Below, piece by piece: positions 25,201 to 36,009 of a stretch of 64,000 bases of DNA; position 1 is the stretch's first letter; each line of letters opens with the position of its first letter. The notes below the pieces were generated by a model. It did not search any database. It was not told the origin of the DNA and was given only the letters and a program-made list of their open reading frames with translations. Made by a program: the position numbers and the translations under genes. The DNA is from Azolla caroliniana (lineage: Eukaryota; Plantae; Polypodiophyta), in NCBI GenBank assembly GCA_043228905.1, contig JBHGNT010000008.1, positions 9,610,001 to 9,674,000 on the forward strand, given 5' to 3'.

Positions 25201-27612
25201 GTCCAACATCAACAGAATGTTCTGGACCATCAAAAAGCTCAGATGGTAAATCTGATTCAAATTCATGGAGTGGAAAAACTGGACAGAAAAAATCTGATGA
25301 CAAAAAAGGAAAACAGAAAATGCCAGAGTATGAAATCCCGGATGACCTATCAAAAAACATGGAAGATGAAGATGAAGATATGTCTTTGGATGATTTCCTT
25401 GGAATACAGGAAATGAAAATCCCTGGTATGGAAAAGGCAATAAAGAATGCAAATCAGAAACTGAGAAGATCAGATAGAGAGAAAAAGACTGTGGAAAGAT
25501 TTGGGTATGATACATGTATGGCTATGCACTATGCATATATGTCTAAGGTGGTACAGATCCCTGACCCAAACAGCTTTGAAGAAGCAAAATCTGAGAAGAA
25601 ATGGATGGATGCAATGCAAGAAGAGATTGATGCATTGGCTGAGAACAAAACGTGGGATTTAGTGAAGTTACCAAAAGAGAAAAATGTGGTAGGCTGCAAA
25701 TGGGTCTACAAGACAAAGCATGACTCCAATGGGAATGTAAGTAGACATAAAGCAAGATTGGTTGCAAAAGGATATGCTCAGATGCAAGGGATTGATTATG
25801 ATGAGACTTTTGCACCGGTTGCAAAGATGGCAACCTTGAGAACACTACTTGCTGTAGGAGCAGCCAGAAAATGGATTTTGCATCACATGGATGTAAAAAA
25901 TGCTTTTTTACATGGTAACTTGGAAGAAGAAGTGTATATGAGTCAACCACCAGGTTTTGAAGATAAGAAACATCCTGATTATGTATGTAAGCTGAAAAAA
26001 GCTCTCTATGGACTGAAACAGGCACCAAGAGCATGGCACAGAGAACTTTCAGATTCTCTGAAAAATCTTGGTTTCAAAATGTCAAAAGCTGATCCTTCTT
26101 TGTATGTAAAAAGTGAAAATGATTGCATTGTTATTATTCTGATCTATGTAGATGATTTGATTATTGGAGGAGATTCCGTGGATGAAATAAGAAAGTTGAA
26201 AAAAAATCTGGAAATGCAGTTTCATATGAAAGATTTGGGAGATCTGAGATATTTTCTTGGTATTGAAATCATCAGATCTGAAAGTGGTATATGTATGTTG
26301 CAAAAACAGTATGCAACAACTATGTTGAAAAAGTATGGTATGCTTGGATGCAAACCTATTGTTGTACCACTTGATAAAAACTGCAAATTGAGGGCTGATT
26401 TGGGAGCCAAAATAGAAGATGTAAACATGTACAGGTCTATGGTGGGCAGCCTTATTTATTTGACTATAACAAGACCTGATTTGAGCTATGCTGTTGGATT
26501 AGTCAGCCAGTTTATGCAACAGCCAACAAAGCCACATTTGGACTGCATTAGAAGAATTCTGAGGTATGTAAAAGCTACTCAGAACTATGGATTGTTTTAC
26601 AGGGCTGATCTAGACATAAATCTGGAAGGATATACAGATGCTGATTGGGCTGGAAGCCAAACAGACAGGAGATCCACAAGTGGATACATGTTTACCTTGG
26701 GAAGTGCAGGAATTTCATGGAGCAGCAAGAAACAGGCTACTGTTGCATTGTCCAGTACAGAAGCTGAGTATAGAGGGGCTGCAATAGCCACATGTGAAGA
26801 AGTATGGATCAGAAGACTGCTTGCTGATCTGGGAGTATATATAGATGGTGCTGTCACAATCTGGTGTGACAATATGAGCAGCATTCAGCTTGCAAAGAAC
26901 CCAGTGTTCCATGCAAGAACAAAGCACATTGAGGTGCATTATCACTTTGTTAGAGAAAAAGTGATGGAAGGTGAAGTTGATCTGGTGTATGTGAATACAA
27001 ATCAGCAGGTTGCTGATATCCTTACGAAGGGATTGAGTGTGGAAAAGCATACACAGTTTCGGAACATGATGGGAGTTGTAGACATTGATATGATGGCTGA
27101 AAAGCATCATGAAAAAGAAGTTGTAGATAACCCCAAGAAAGGATAAGTTGAGCTTGAGGGGGAGTGTTGAGAAGCAAGCTCAACATGGTATGTGATGCTT
27201 ATGAGAAATAAGCTATAGTAGCTATTTAGCTACTAGTGAACAAAAAGGTAAAACAGCTAATTAGCTAGTGAACAGCTATTTAGCGACTGACAGCTAATTA
27301 GCTACTGGCAGCTAATTAGCTGCATGTGTAATAACTTATGACTTAGGTAAAAGTAAGTGAGAGTGAATAGGAAGAAGTAGTAAGTAAGAAGACATACAGT
27401 GAGTAGAGAACTCTGAGAGAGAGTGAGAGACCAGAAGACTGACGAGAGCAAGTTGAGCTCTACATGTAATAGAAGAAAACCATTTTGCTACTACAGAGGT
27501 AAGTCCCCTTTCCTTTCTCTGTCTGTTTAGAGCACGCTAACGATCCAGCACACTACGATCCGCCGCGCATACATAAGAAGAGCCCGAGTGCCTTCTTCAC
27601 GTTTTCTTAACA
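22208..27612 (+). mobile_element. Element D: intact Ty1/copia with identical 448-bp LTRs
   Basis: LTRs at 22208-22655 and 27165-27612, no difference seen. TSD AATTT at 22203-22207 and 27613-27617. PBS TGGTATCAGAGC (tRNA-iMet) at 22656-22667; PPT GAGGGGGAG at 27156-27164. Confidence 0.98.
22800..27146 (+). CDS. Copia Gag-Pol polyprotein (gag, CCHC, PR, INT, RT, RH), 1448 aa
   Basis: CWYCGKPGHTQAEC, WYVDSGASNHM, YTPQQNGVAERKNR, YVDDL, RTKHIEVHYHF. Confidence 0.98.
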   Translation: MAAENVGQMVTEKLDKNNFPAWKFRMTNFLMGKGYWDYIEGDLEEAPEIPEENGTAAHIKAFKDWNQGARKVMHWLSLSISDSMLGHIQDAMLPKEAWDNLVKLFPVNTKARKLQLKTELNTLEKGKMSINEYALKIKSICESLASINVKIEDDDKVEICLRGLGPQYKSFKTSMLTRDSIPSFSDLVSMLVVEERNQMDDANKGNSENEGQALYNNAGRGRGRGHGRFGSGRTNNNGFQGRGQQAHRGGNNNRGRGSNRGRGKQTYVNDDGCWYCGKPGHTQAECYKKQNDEKRGKGQQSNYASTSEDCEKEGVFVVQHEIAAVAESSQKCNEEFTWYVDSGASNHMTGHANWFESLREPEVPGYVQTGDDTTHQIKHVGDIPLWEERGKTKYMLNVMHVPNLAKNLISVGQIVEQGMQVKFKQSGCYIEKNGKLIAKGKRQGRMFILDVEMPKQISAMFANGTSVISDVEMWHKRIGHISMQTLKNMLRKDAVAGLPNLKKCEMGKVCEACQYGKQNRLPFPHERHVSKNLLDLVNTDVWGPTKNASIGGCRFYVTFIDDCSRKTWVYFMKEKSEVFDCFRKFKCMVEKQAGTRIKCLRSDGGGEYFSNEFSDFLCNQGIRRQFTCRYTPQQNGVAERKNRTLVNIARAMMTEKNMPLYYWAEAVNTANYILNRCITSGVHEATPEECFYGRKPSLQHLKVFGCLAYVHVPAEVRSKLDPKAEKCIFVGYSEEQKGYRCYNPVTKKIVTSRDVIFDELASWYSPKQNLETDEDCQNEDKDRSENVEDCHRDGDKVGQQSPTSTECSGPSKSSDGKSDSNSWSGKTGQKKSDDKKGKQKMPEYEIPDDLSKNMEDEDEDMSLDDFLGIQEMKIPGMEKAIKNANQKLRRSDREKKTVERFGYDTCMAMHYAYMSKVVQIPDPNSFEEAKSEKKWMDAMQEEIDALAENKTWDLVKLPKEKNVVGCKWVYKTKHDSNGNVSRHKARLVAKGYAQMQGIDYDETFAPVAKMATLRTLLAVGAARKWILHHMDVKNAFLHGNLEEEVYMSQPPGFEDKKHPDYVCKLKKALYGLKQAPRAWHRELSDSLKNLGFKMSKADPSLYVKSENDCIVIILIYVDDLIIGGDSVDEIRKLKKNLEMQFHMKDLGDLRYFLGIEIIRSESGICMLQKQYATTMLKKYGMLGCKPIVVPLDKNCKLRADLGAKIEDVNMYRSMVGSLIYLTITRPDLSYAVGLVSQFMQQPTKPHLDCIRRILRYVKATQNYGLFYRADLDINLEGYTDADWAGSQTDRRSTSGYMFTLGSAGISWSSKKQATVALSSTEAEYRGAAIATCEEVWIRRLLADLGVYIDGAVTIWCDNMSSIQLAKNPVFHARTKHIEVHYHFVREKVMEGEVDLVYVNTNQQVADILTKGLSVEKHTQFRNMMGVVDIDMMAEKHHEKEVVDNPKKG

Positions 27613-28677
27613 AATTTCCATCTTTAGGCACATCCTTAACCTTATTTTTCAATCTTTCTTCATATGCTTTACGACGAGCATTTTGTTGTGAGACAATACG
27701 ATCTTCACTCACAAAGCATTGCGTACCTTTGAGGTATACCCAACTATTTTCGAGTATGATCCGCCACTTTGTATCATCTGTCATTGTACATACAATAGGC
27801 CTTTCTCCGGAGCGAGTAACACCATGTTTCCCAACTCGGTGTGCCCCAAATACATTCACATCTGACATCCCATAATGCATGCTAAAAAATTCACCAATGC
27901 CCTTTCAAGGGATGCGGGTGTTTCCATACTCTCGTCTTTAATCCCATGGAGGACAATGTTCTTTGATCGTCGTTCACATTCTTTCAATTCTCAGACATCT
28001 ATGCTTTCTATATTCTTCTCTTAATGCATCACATGCATACTAGATGAGTTTGATACCACATCCCCACCACATACATCGGCCCATGACTTCGTTGTACATA
28101 CATTTTTCATCTTACTTACATCCCGCCTCATCATGTCCAATTTTTCTTCTTTTAATACTTCCTTTAACTCAGTCTTGTTAAGGCACTCATTTGTTTCGAA
28201 AGAAACTCTTTTACATTCTTGAATCTCTTCTTGAAGTTTTGCAACCACTTGCTTAAGATTTTCATTCTCAATGACAACAATTTGGAGCTTAGCATTCTCT
28301 TTCATTAACTTCCTAATCTCTTCACCTTGCTTGTTTATGGTTTCTTGAAGAGAAATCAAGTGACTCATAAGTATTTTGTCCATTGCATTGGAATCGAGAT
28401 TTGTTGGTGATCTCGGCTCATTATCAATCATACCCCCGAACTTTGCGGTGGCTTTACGAGTGTTTACCATTGTAGGGACAAACCCTACGGGAAGAGAGAG
28501 ACAGAGAGGGAGGGAGAGAGAATGTACCTTTCACTCGATTTAGGGCTTCAAAATCTACCTTGCGTTTGAGGAACCGTGGGGCAAAGATGGTTGTGGATGA
28601 AAATGCTCATAACTTCAACGGAATTCAGTAAATGAACATTCTTTAGAAAGCTCTCTAAAAGAGATTTCCAATGAGCT

Positions 28678-29020
28678 AGAGAGAGAGAGAGAGAGAGAGA
28701 GAGGTACAAGGGGTGAGTGTGTGTGAGGGAGAACTACACAGATGAAGAGAGAGAGAGGGAGTGAGAGGGAGAGGGAGAGACTAGAGAGGGAGGGAGACAA
28801 CAGACAATGGGAGAGACAGAGAGAGTGAGGGAGAACTACACAAATGAGGAGAGAGAGAGAGAGAGAGAGACTACACAAAGGAGAGAGACAAAGATAGAGG
28901 GAGACCACACAGACATGAGAGAGAGAGTGGGAGGGAGGGAGCGTGTACAATGTATACTACATAGTGGATCGTCTGAGAGAGAGAGAGACAGAGAGACAGA
29001 GAGAGAGGGAGGGAGGGAGG
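28678..29020. repeat. GA-rich low-complexity/microsatellite tract
   Basis: Runs of (GA)n and GGGA. Confidence 0.85.
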
Positions 29021-29164
29021 TTTCCAAAGCGGTTTCCAAGGGATCGGTTTGGTTTGGTTTGGTTCGGTTCAGATTTGAGAACCCCAAAACGGTTTAGGCT
29101 TAAACGGTTTGACTTGGATCAGGCCAAATCGGCTATGCCTAAACCGAACCATTGTTGATCCCTA
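29021..29164 (-). mobile_element. End fragment of a hAT-like non-autonomous element
   Basis: Minus-strand terminus TAGGGATCAACAATGG with AAACCG-type subterminal motifs, like those at 33363 and 59787. Confidence 0.55.
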
Positions 29165-29169
29165 CTAAT

Positions 29170-30400
29170 GTAGTAACTTGTTTGGGGAAAAAAAAATGCA
29201 CCAAAAAATCATCCTAAAATCTATGAGTGAGGTGATCACACAAATAGGGTTGTGCAAAGGCAAACACACAATTTAAACATGCGATTCACGAGGACACCAA
29301 ATTCATAGAAACTATTATTTTAAGATGTTATTCATTGTGAATTCATCTTCCTTAGTTCAGATTCTTAGTGATCTTGCTTGAGTAGCATCAGCCCATTGAA
29401 AATTATGCAACACGAATTTTTGCGACGTCTTAGGTGAACCCAACATAAAAAAGTGATAAGGGTAGATAGTCACAATACTATATGAAGTTTTATAAATGAT
29501 ATTCAAGAAACTTTTGCAAGAATGGGAAGATATGACGTTGCGAAAGAGAGTTTGAGATTGTTAGTTTTTTTTTTGTTTTTTTTGAAGATTCACCTTGGTA
29601 TTATTGGGAAGATGCCAAAAGGCTACAAAGAACTCATACATGAAAACACAACCACCATACCCACATCAACCAACATGTCAAATAGCAAAAACCCTCACAC
29701 TTGTTAGCTATTTTCAAGGAGACAACTCTCAAATTATAACGATATAAAATAATGATATGCTTCAAAGCAATGCAAATGAGTCAAGAAAATGGGTGTTCAA
29801 TTGGAAAGGATGTCTCTCTAATGATTTCATTAACGAAGAACTTCATAGGTTCCATAAGAGAAGTAGTTTGTTTCCTCATTGGTGGCCTCAAGAGAACTTC
29901 TCTCATATCTAGTTTGTTGAAAGGGAAATAATTGGGGTGAATAGACAAGGTGAATGTCAAAAAGTGATTCAAAATGTAGCTCCCTCAAGTAGTGTGCTCT
30001 TAAGGGGATGCCTGGCAAATTGCAATGAGCTTCAACCATGTTGTGCACGTAGAGAAACTTGTGGATTCCATGAGAGAGTGAGTGCCCTTTTTCAATATGG
30101 TGAAAGGGGCTTAGGGTAAATAAAGGTCATGGTAATGATGGATGTGACATCCAACATAGAGTGATGGTAGTAGCACTTTGTTCAACTAATTTAATGAATG
30201 AAACTCAACATCCATTTACCAATGTTAGATTTGAGCTTATAACCTCTCTCTTAACACCCCATTTACTCAATTGTTATTGTTAGCTTTTATAATTTTTGTA
30301 ACATTTATTCTATGTTTACCATCTTTCTGAATTTATATAAAAGCCATGTAGTCTTCTTAATTTCTTCAATTAAACTCACAGCCTCACCACAATATATGCC
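29170..30400 (-). pseudogene. Highly degenerate L1-like LINE fragment
   Basis: Weak minus-strand motifs only (e.g. YHFF...RRRKN near 29420-29465); no intact ORF. Confidence 0.4.
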
Positions 30401-33362
30401 TACTTGAGGTTGTGGCACAAACACGAAGCTCATTATTCAAAAAGAAAAAACGACACGTTTGAGGTTGAAGGGGCATGTTATGATATCAAGCCCAACCAAA
30501 CACTTTTTCAAGGAATATGTGCTAAAGTCCATTTTGTCATGACCCTAAGAAGAGATACATCTTGTATGATGTCACATCATGATGTGCCATGCTATACAAG
30601 GTTCATGACAATTTGAGACATATGAAATTGTGAAGACCAAAAAATAAGAAAACATAGAAATGTAGTTCAAATCGTAAGAGCTACGCATTGGGACAATAGG
30701 TTCAATAGTTTGAAACATAATTAACGAAGCTATAAATATGAACATGTCAAATTGTCACTCCATTTCATGTAGATTTGTTCTTAAGATCTTCAAATGTATT
30801 TGGAAACAAATGACTCGTCGCAATGACCTCAAGGATTTAATATTCTTTTTGTTTATTCGATGAATCTATAGAGTCTTAAAACCGAAGTTGAAAGTCCTCA
30901 TCATTTTAGGGCTCCCTTTATCGCATATCTAGAACTTTAATTTTCATGTGTGCACTCATCTATAAAATACATATTTGAAGTATTTTTTCTAAAAAAAGAT
31001 AAAATATTTTTAGCGTACATATTCAATGTGTATTGTATGCTAAGTATTTTTTTGAAATGGGGTGTCATCCTAATGATCTTGCAAGATGAGAAGGTCCTAA
31101 TCTTCTTTACGGCCATGTAATTTGTATTGTCCTTTCCAAAATCCTGAAAACAAACAATGCATAAAACTCCCAATCCATATTGGCATTATTGTATTTGTTA
31201 AACCATGTCAAGGGTTACTAACAACGTAAGTTAGTAAGGTTCATTCAATATCATTGGCATTCACATGGGTATAGCTCTAATGTTAGGCACTTTTGTTAAG
31301 TCCATGATTTTAGAAAACATAAGAAAAAGAATAGGAGTTTGAATCCAACTCGTACTGGCCGATGATGAAGGGCACTAGTTTATAGTTGTAGGTACCTACT
31401 TACATTAAATAGTCAATTTGAAAGGATATGTACGTAGTCTCATATTCTTGAACTCGATTGGAGGGTGATTCCCTGATTTATGTATAGGCTACCTTTTGTA
31501 GTTTTTCTGTAATAATCTCTCCTGATTGATGGGAAAGTAGTTTTTCTTTTGAAAAAAAACAAAGGAGTTTGAAATCTTTAAATTAATATTAAATGAAAAT
31601 TACAAACCTAGAAGTTTCTATTTCAAAGGTTTATTATTATTATAAATGGTGGGGTAAAAGTAAAGTGATGGAAGCAGAAACAAATATTGATGATCTTTTC
31701 ATCATAAAAGAAAGGATGTGCTATAGGTAGAGATTTTTAAGAGATAAAGAAAGGATGTGCTATACTCATGACATTTTATCATTTTTTCTTTTTACGAAGA
31801 AAGTGTCTTTATGTGAGTTACCCCACCTTAAAGATATGGTTGGGGTACCTTTTACATTGGAATTTGGGACCATGAGTCACATCCACATCGAAACCCTTTG
31901 ACCTCCCACTTCTTTTTGAGAGACTTGAATAGAAATGAAGTTAGGCCTAGTATTAAGCCATTTTCTTTATAGAACATGTTTTTTACTAGAACTCTTTATC
32001 GTAAATTTTATTTTTACTTTCGATGAATGGGTAAATACCCCATTTTTGTTGTAAACCAATTTTGGTCTTAGAAGACATTAATATATCTTTCTTTCTATCT
32101 AGCACATTACCCTATCTGGCACACTCCTCTCTATTTATCATTAAACTCCTCTAAAACCATTACTAATCACGAACAACAAAAAGACATTGTAATCTTCATA
32201 TATTCAAGGACCACCCGTTTGTATTAATCATCTTGTCACTTGCAAAATTTCAAAAAAATATATTGTACATGCCCAAATAGGCTGTGAGAAAGGTATCTTT
32301 TTATGTGTCCCCTTTGTCTTTCAACAAAAGACAGAATTGCTATTTAATGGAGGCCTATGATATATTCCTTTCTCAAAGATACTCAAGTTGAAATCGGGGG
32401 CTTTGCATACAATATGCGTAGAATACGTATGCTAAGTATTATACACTTTTTTCCAAAATACTTAGAATATGTATTCTATAGATAAAATACATTAAATACA
32501 TGTAAAAATATGCCAAACATAGTATGAACCATATGTATCATATGTGCATTCGTATTCGAGCATGTTTCGATAATTCAAGTATGGTAAACACCCTCGAAGT
32601 ATGATAAAAACCATCCTTTTGTATTCATTATTTATTGTAAGATAAAACTATTTTTAAGGTTAAAAAGTGAGAAAAAAATCAAAGATGTAAAAAAAGTATG
32701 TTTTCATAAATAACACACGCATTGGTCTGCAAACATATGAAAAGGAATGTTAGAGCAAAAGAATGTGAATATTGCGTTCTACGATACCAATTTATACTTA
32801 AGAATATTTAAAGTTTTTTTGTAAAAAATTGTTCTTTATTTATTTTAAATTATTTTAGATTTTTCGGGAATGATCTAATACTTATTAAATATGTATAATA
32901 CATGAAATATTATAGGTTGGCAAATCTAAAACATGGAATATCTATAGAATGCTTTAAGGGTATACTAGAACATATTCTAACCATAGAAAATACGATTTCT
33001 TTCACAACTTTGCTTGTGGACTTACTTGGTCGGTGATAATTCCCCGAATTCCAATTTATGCATAATTATAGAAGGCCAACACAACATGTAACCAACATTA
33101 TTATGTTGCTGAAAATAATTGGAGGTGGTTTGATTACTAACTCCCATTACACTAACTTTGGTGGACATCGATGGTAGTGTGTCCTCAAATATTCTTCCAT
33201 TTCGCATAGTGTTGATGGTTTCGATGATCGCATTCTATATCTATATCCATATTTGGGAGGGATCTAATTTTCCTTTCATTTTATTGCGAGAAAAAGAAAG
33301 TAAAAGAGAGGCACGCTCACTAATTGAGATAATTACAATGATAAAATAATGGAAACTAGAAC

Positions 33363-33988
33363 TAGCAATCGACGATGGTTTGGTTTGAATCGAACCGAAC
33401 CGCGACGTGACGTGACGGCTTAATGGTTTAAGCAGTTGATTTCGGTTTGAACCTTTATTGACTTAATAGCTTAACGGTTTAAAGTTAACATTTAAATATT
33501 AATTTATTTTCTTGAATATGTTTTTGAACAACTTATAAGTTTGAGGCTTAATTATAACATTTTTGACCTTAACTTAAAAATTGAAACCACACTTTTAACG
33601 GTTAAACGGTTTGAAAAACTCTTCAACCATCTAGTTTGGGCATAGAATTTTTGCAACGGTTCAGTATGAATGGTTTAATGGTTTGGTTCGGTTAGGTTTA
33701 AATTTCAATGCATAGTATGTAAATTTCGTGTTCATCTAGCATAACATTCGTTTTCCTACGTTGGAAAACGAATGCGAATGTTATTCAAACATTCTTGTGT
33801 TTTTTTCCCATTTTTTAAAGATTTATTTTAGGTTTATTTACCTCATAATAAATAGTAAATCCAAAAGTATGGTATTTATCATTCTTTGAGGGTGCTTACC
33901 ATACTCGAATGATTGATACTATGTTTCAATGCTTTTAAACGGTTTGAGATTGAACTCTCAAACCGAACTGAACCCTTGCCGATTGCTA
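33363..33988. mobile_element. hAT-type MITE
   Basis: TIRs TAGCAATCG / CGATTGCTA; 8-bp TSD ACTAGAAC / AATAGAAC; AAACCG-like subterminal motifs. Confidence 0.8.
33711..33923. mobile_element. Small hAT-type MITE nested in the previous MITE
   Basis: TIR CATAGTAT / ATACTATG; perfect 8-bp TSD TTTCAATG. Related sequence occurs near 32580 and 55125. Confidence 0.75.
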
Positions 33989-34367
33989 AATAGAACAACA
34001 ATGACGTGAAGCAAGAGAACATGCCAACTCAATTCTAGAAATTAATGCTTATGTCTTGGACACATCGAAACACATAAAACACATTTATTTCCCTTTACTC
34101 ATGGTATCGATAATCTATACATTTCCCTTTGAGGGTGCTTACCATACTCGAATGATTGATACTATGTTTCAATGCTTTTAAACGGTTTGAGATTGAACTC
34201 TCAAACCGAACTGAACCCTTGCCGATTGCTAAATAGAACAACAATGACGTGAAGCAAGAGAACATGCCAACTCAATTCTAGAAATTAATGCTTATGTCTT
34301 GGACACATCGAAACACATAAAACACATTTATTTCCCTTTACTCATGGTATCGATAATCTATACATTT
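33884..34367. repeat. Perfect 241-bp tandem duplication upstream of the bHLH gene
   Basis: 33884-34124 matches 34127-34367, separated by CC. Confidence 0.9.
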
Positions 34368-35034
34368 TAGGTTTAGATATTTTTATTATCCCCCCCCCCC
34401 CCCCACCTTGTCAAGTTTTTGGTCCTAGAAGGCAAAAAAGGGAAGCTCAAAAGATCTGAGAATTTGATGGGAGGTAGGCAATTAGAGATGCCACAAATTA
34501 TGTATTGATGGCAATTCAGCATGTGCTCATTGATTGTTTCATCATGTCATCCACGGAGACTTTAAATAATGTGCGCATTTGAACGAATGAATTGACGGCT
34601 AAACCATTTCTGTACACATAATACATACATACATACATACATACATACATGCATACATACATGTATGTATGTATGTACATTAAAACTCATCCAGACTGTA
34701 CTTCATTTCAACATGTGTTCAACTAAAAAACAAAAGCTCTTTTTCATTTACTTGACACGCATTTTTATTGCTTCGATCACCTGCAAATCGTATTTTTCTC
34801 ATGTATGGAAATCCATCGTAAAAGACATAAACACTCTGTACTTCATTTTTGGCATGTGTGCGAAAAGCAAAAGCATGACACACACCACTTCATTGGAATG
34901 GTAGTCACCTCCTCCTGTAATGAGGATATGATTCAGCTTCCTGCTACTCCAGCCATCCATCTGTCTCTCATATTGATCTCGCTGCCTAGATCTACCCTAC
35001 TATTACTCATAAGAATCCTTCAGAAGCCACTCTA

Positions 35035-35116
35035 ATGTTAAGTGGTGATCACGATCATGCAATCCCACCATGGGAGATCTGGCAGTGGCTGGACAATTAT
35101 GATCAAGCTCCAGATG

Positions 35117-35147
<31 letters not shown>

Positions 35148-35487
35148 TCAGGATGATGATGATGATGATGATGATCACAGCCATCATAACGAAGATACAG
35201 AAACCAGTCATCACGAAGGGTTTGATAAGTGCTTGGAGAATTACATATTGGATGGCATGCGGAATTGCAGTACTCAGTATATTGCAGGATCAACAAGAGA
35301 TCATCGTTCCTTTATCACCAATTCGAGTAGCCATGATTTGGTGCCCATAATTAGGATGGAGGAGGAGAAGAAGAAGAAGAAGAAGAAGAAGAAGAAGAGG
35401 AAGAACTTGGTTGCAGAGAGGAAACGCCGGCAAATATTGAATGAGAAGCTCTATTCATTGAGAGCCCTTGTCCCCAACATCACCAAG
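35035..35487 (+). CDS. bHLH transcription factor (subfamily III; FIT/bHLH27/35/DYT1-like) exon 1
   Basis: KNLVAERKRRQILNEKLYSLRALVPNITK then AAG|GTAAAT donor; polyE/polyD/polyK from trinucleotide repeats. Confidence 0.93.
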
Positions 35488-35790
35488 GTAAATTCTTCTT
35501 CTTCTTCTTTTTAAGTAAGTCGCAAGCTTAGTAAATTAATTACATTCCCTCACTCTACTCATCCAGCTAAACAAATACAAAACCACGATATGATGGTTAC
35601 AAAGAGGGGTTATTTAAAAGTATAAGCTCATAAAAATTAAGTGTGGCCTGAACCCTCGTATTCACACCGTTTTGTTCTTGTCAATATGTTACGGATCGGC
35701 TCCCTAAGTATCCTACACGGACGGATGGATTGTTTCATAAGTGTGTTGATTTTCTCAAACCCAAGAGATCTCATGTGTTGTTGAATTTAG

Positions 35791-36009
35791 ATGGACAAAC
35801 TGTCAATTATCGGGGATGCGGCGCGCTACTTGAGTGAGCTAGAGAAGGACGTGGAAGATGGCGAAGCTGACATTGCTACACTCATGGCCATAATGCAACA
35901 AGCCATCGCTACACGATGTGGTCGAGATGTCCGTGCACAACATGACGACTCCTTAAGGTTGCCTCCACCCACTCACAGTGTGCCCTTGCAACCCTGCGAG
36001 ATTTTTAAG
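35791..36009 (+). CDS. bHLH exon 2 (helix 2 and linker)
   Basis: TTTAG|ATG GAC AAA; MDKLSIIGDAARYLSELEKDV; phase-0 donor AAG|GTAATA. Confidence 0.92.

Larger units (their letters stand above)
21560..28500 (-). mobile_element. Degenerate LINE (ORF1 plus APE endonuclease, 3'-truncated), interrupted by copia D
   Basis: ORF1 coiled coil (28021..28470) and YLKGTQCFVSED block (27613-27880); endonuclease motifs CFWNCNG, LLVETW, SVIDYVL, ESDHR; downstream KWFAKEC. Confidence 0.8.

Noticed and set aside
28615-29158. ORFs rich in ER/SL dipeptides (also 56438..57088)
   Set aside because: Translations of GA/CT microsatellites.
33022-33349. Possible small gene upstream of the bHLH
   Set aside because: No recognisable domain or splice support.
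35042-35350. Alternative-frame polyK/polyM ORF
   Set aside because: Shadow frame of the bHLH exon 1 trinucleotide repeats.
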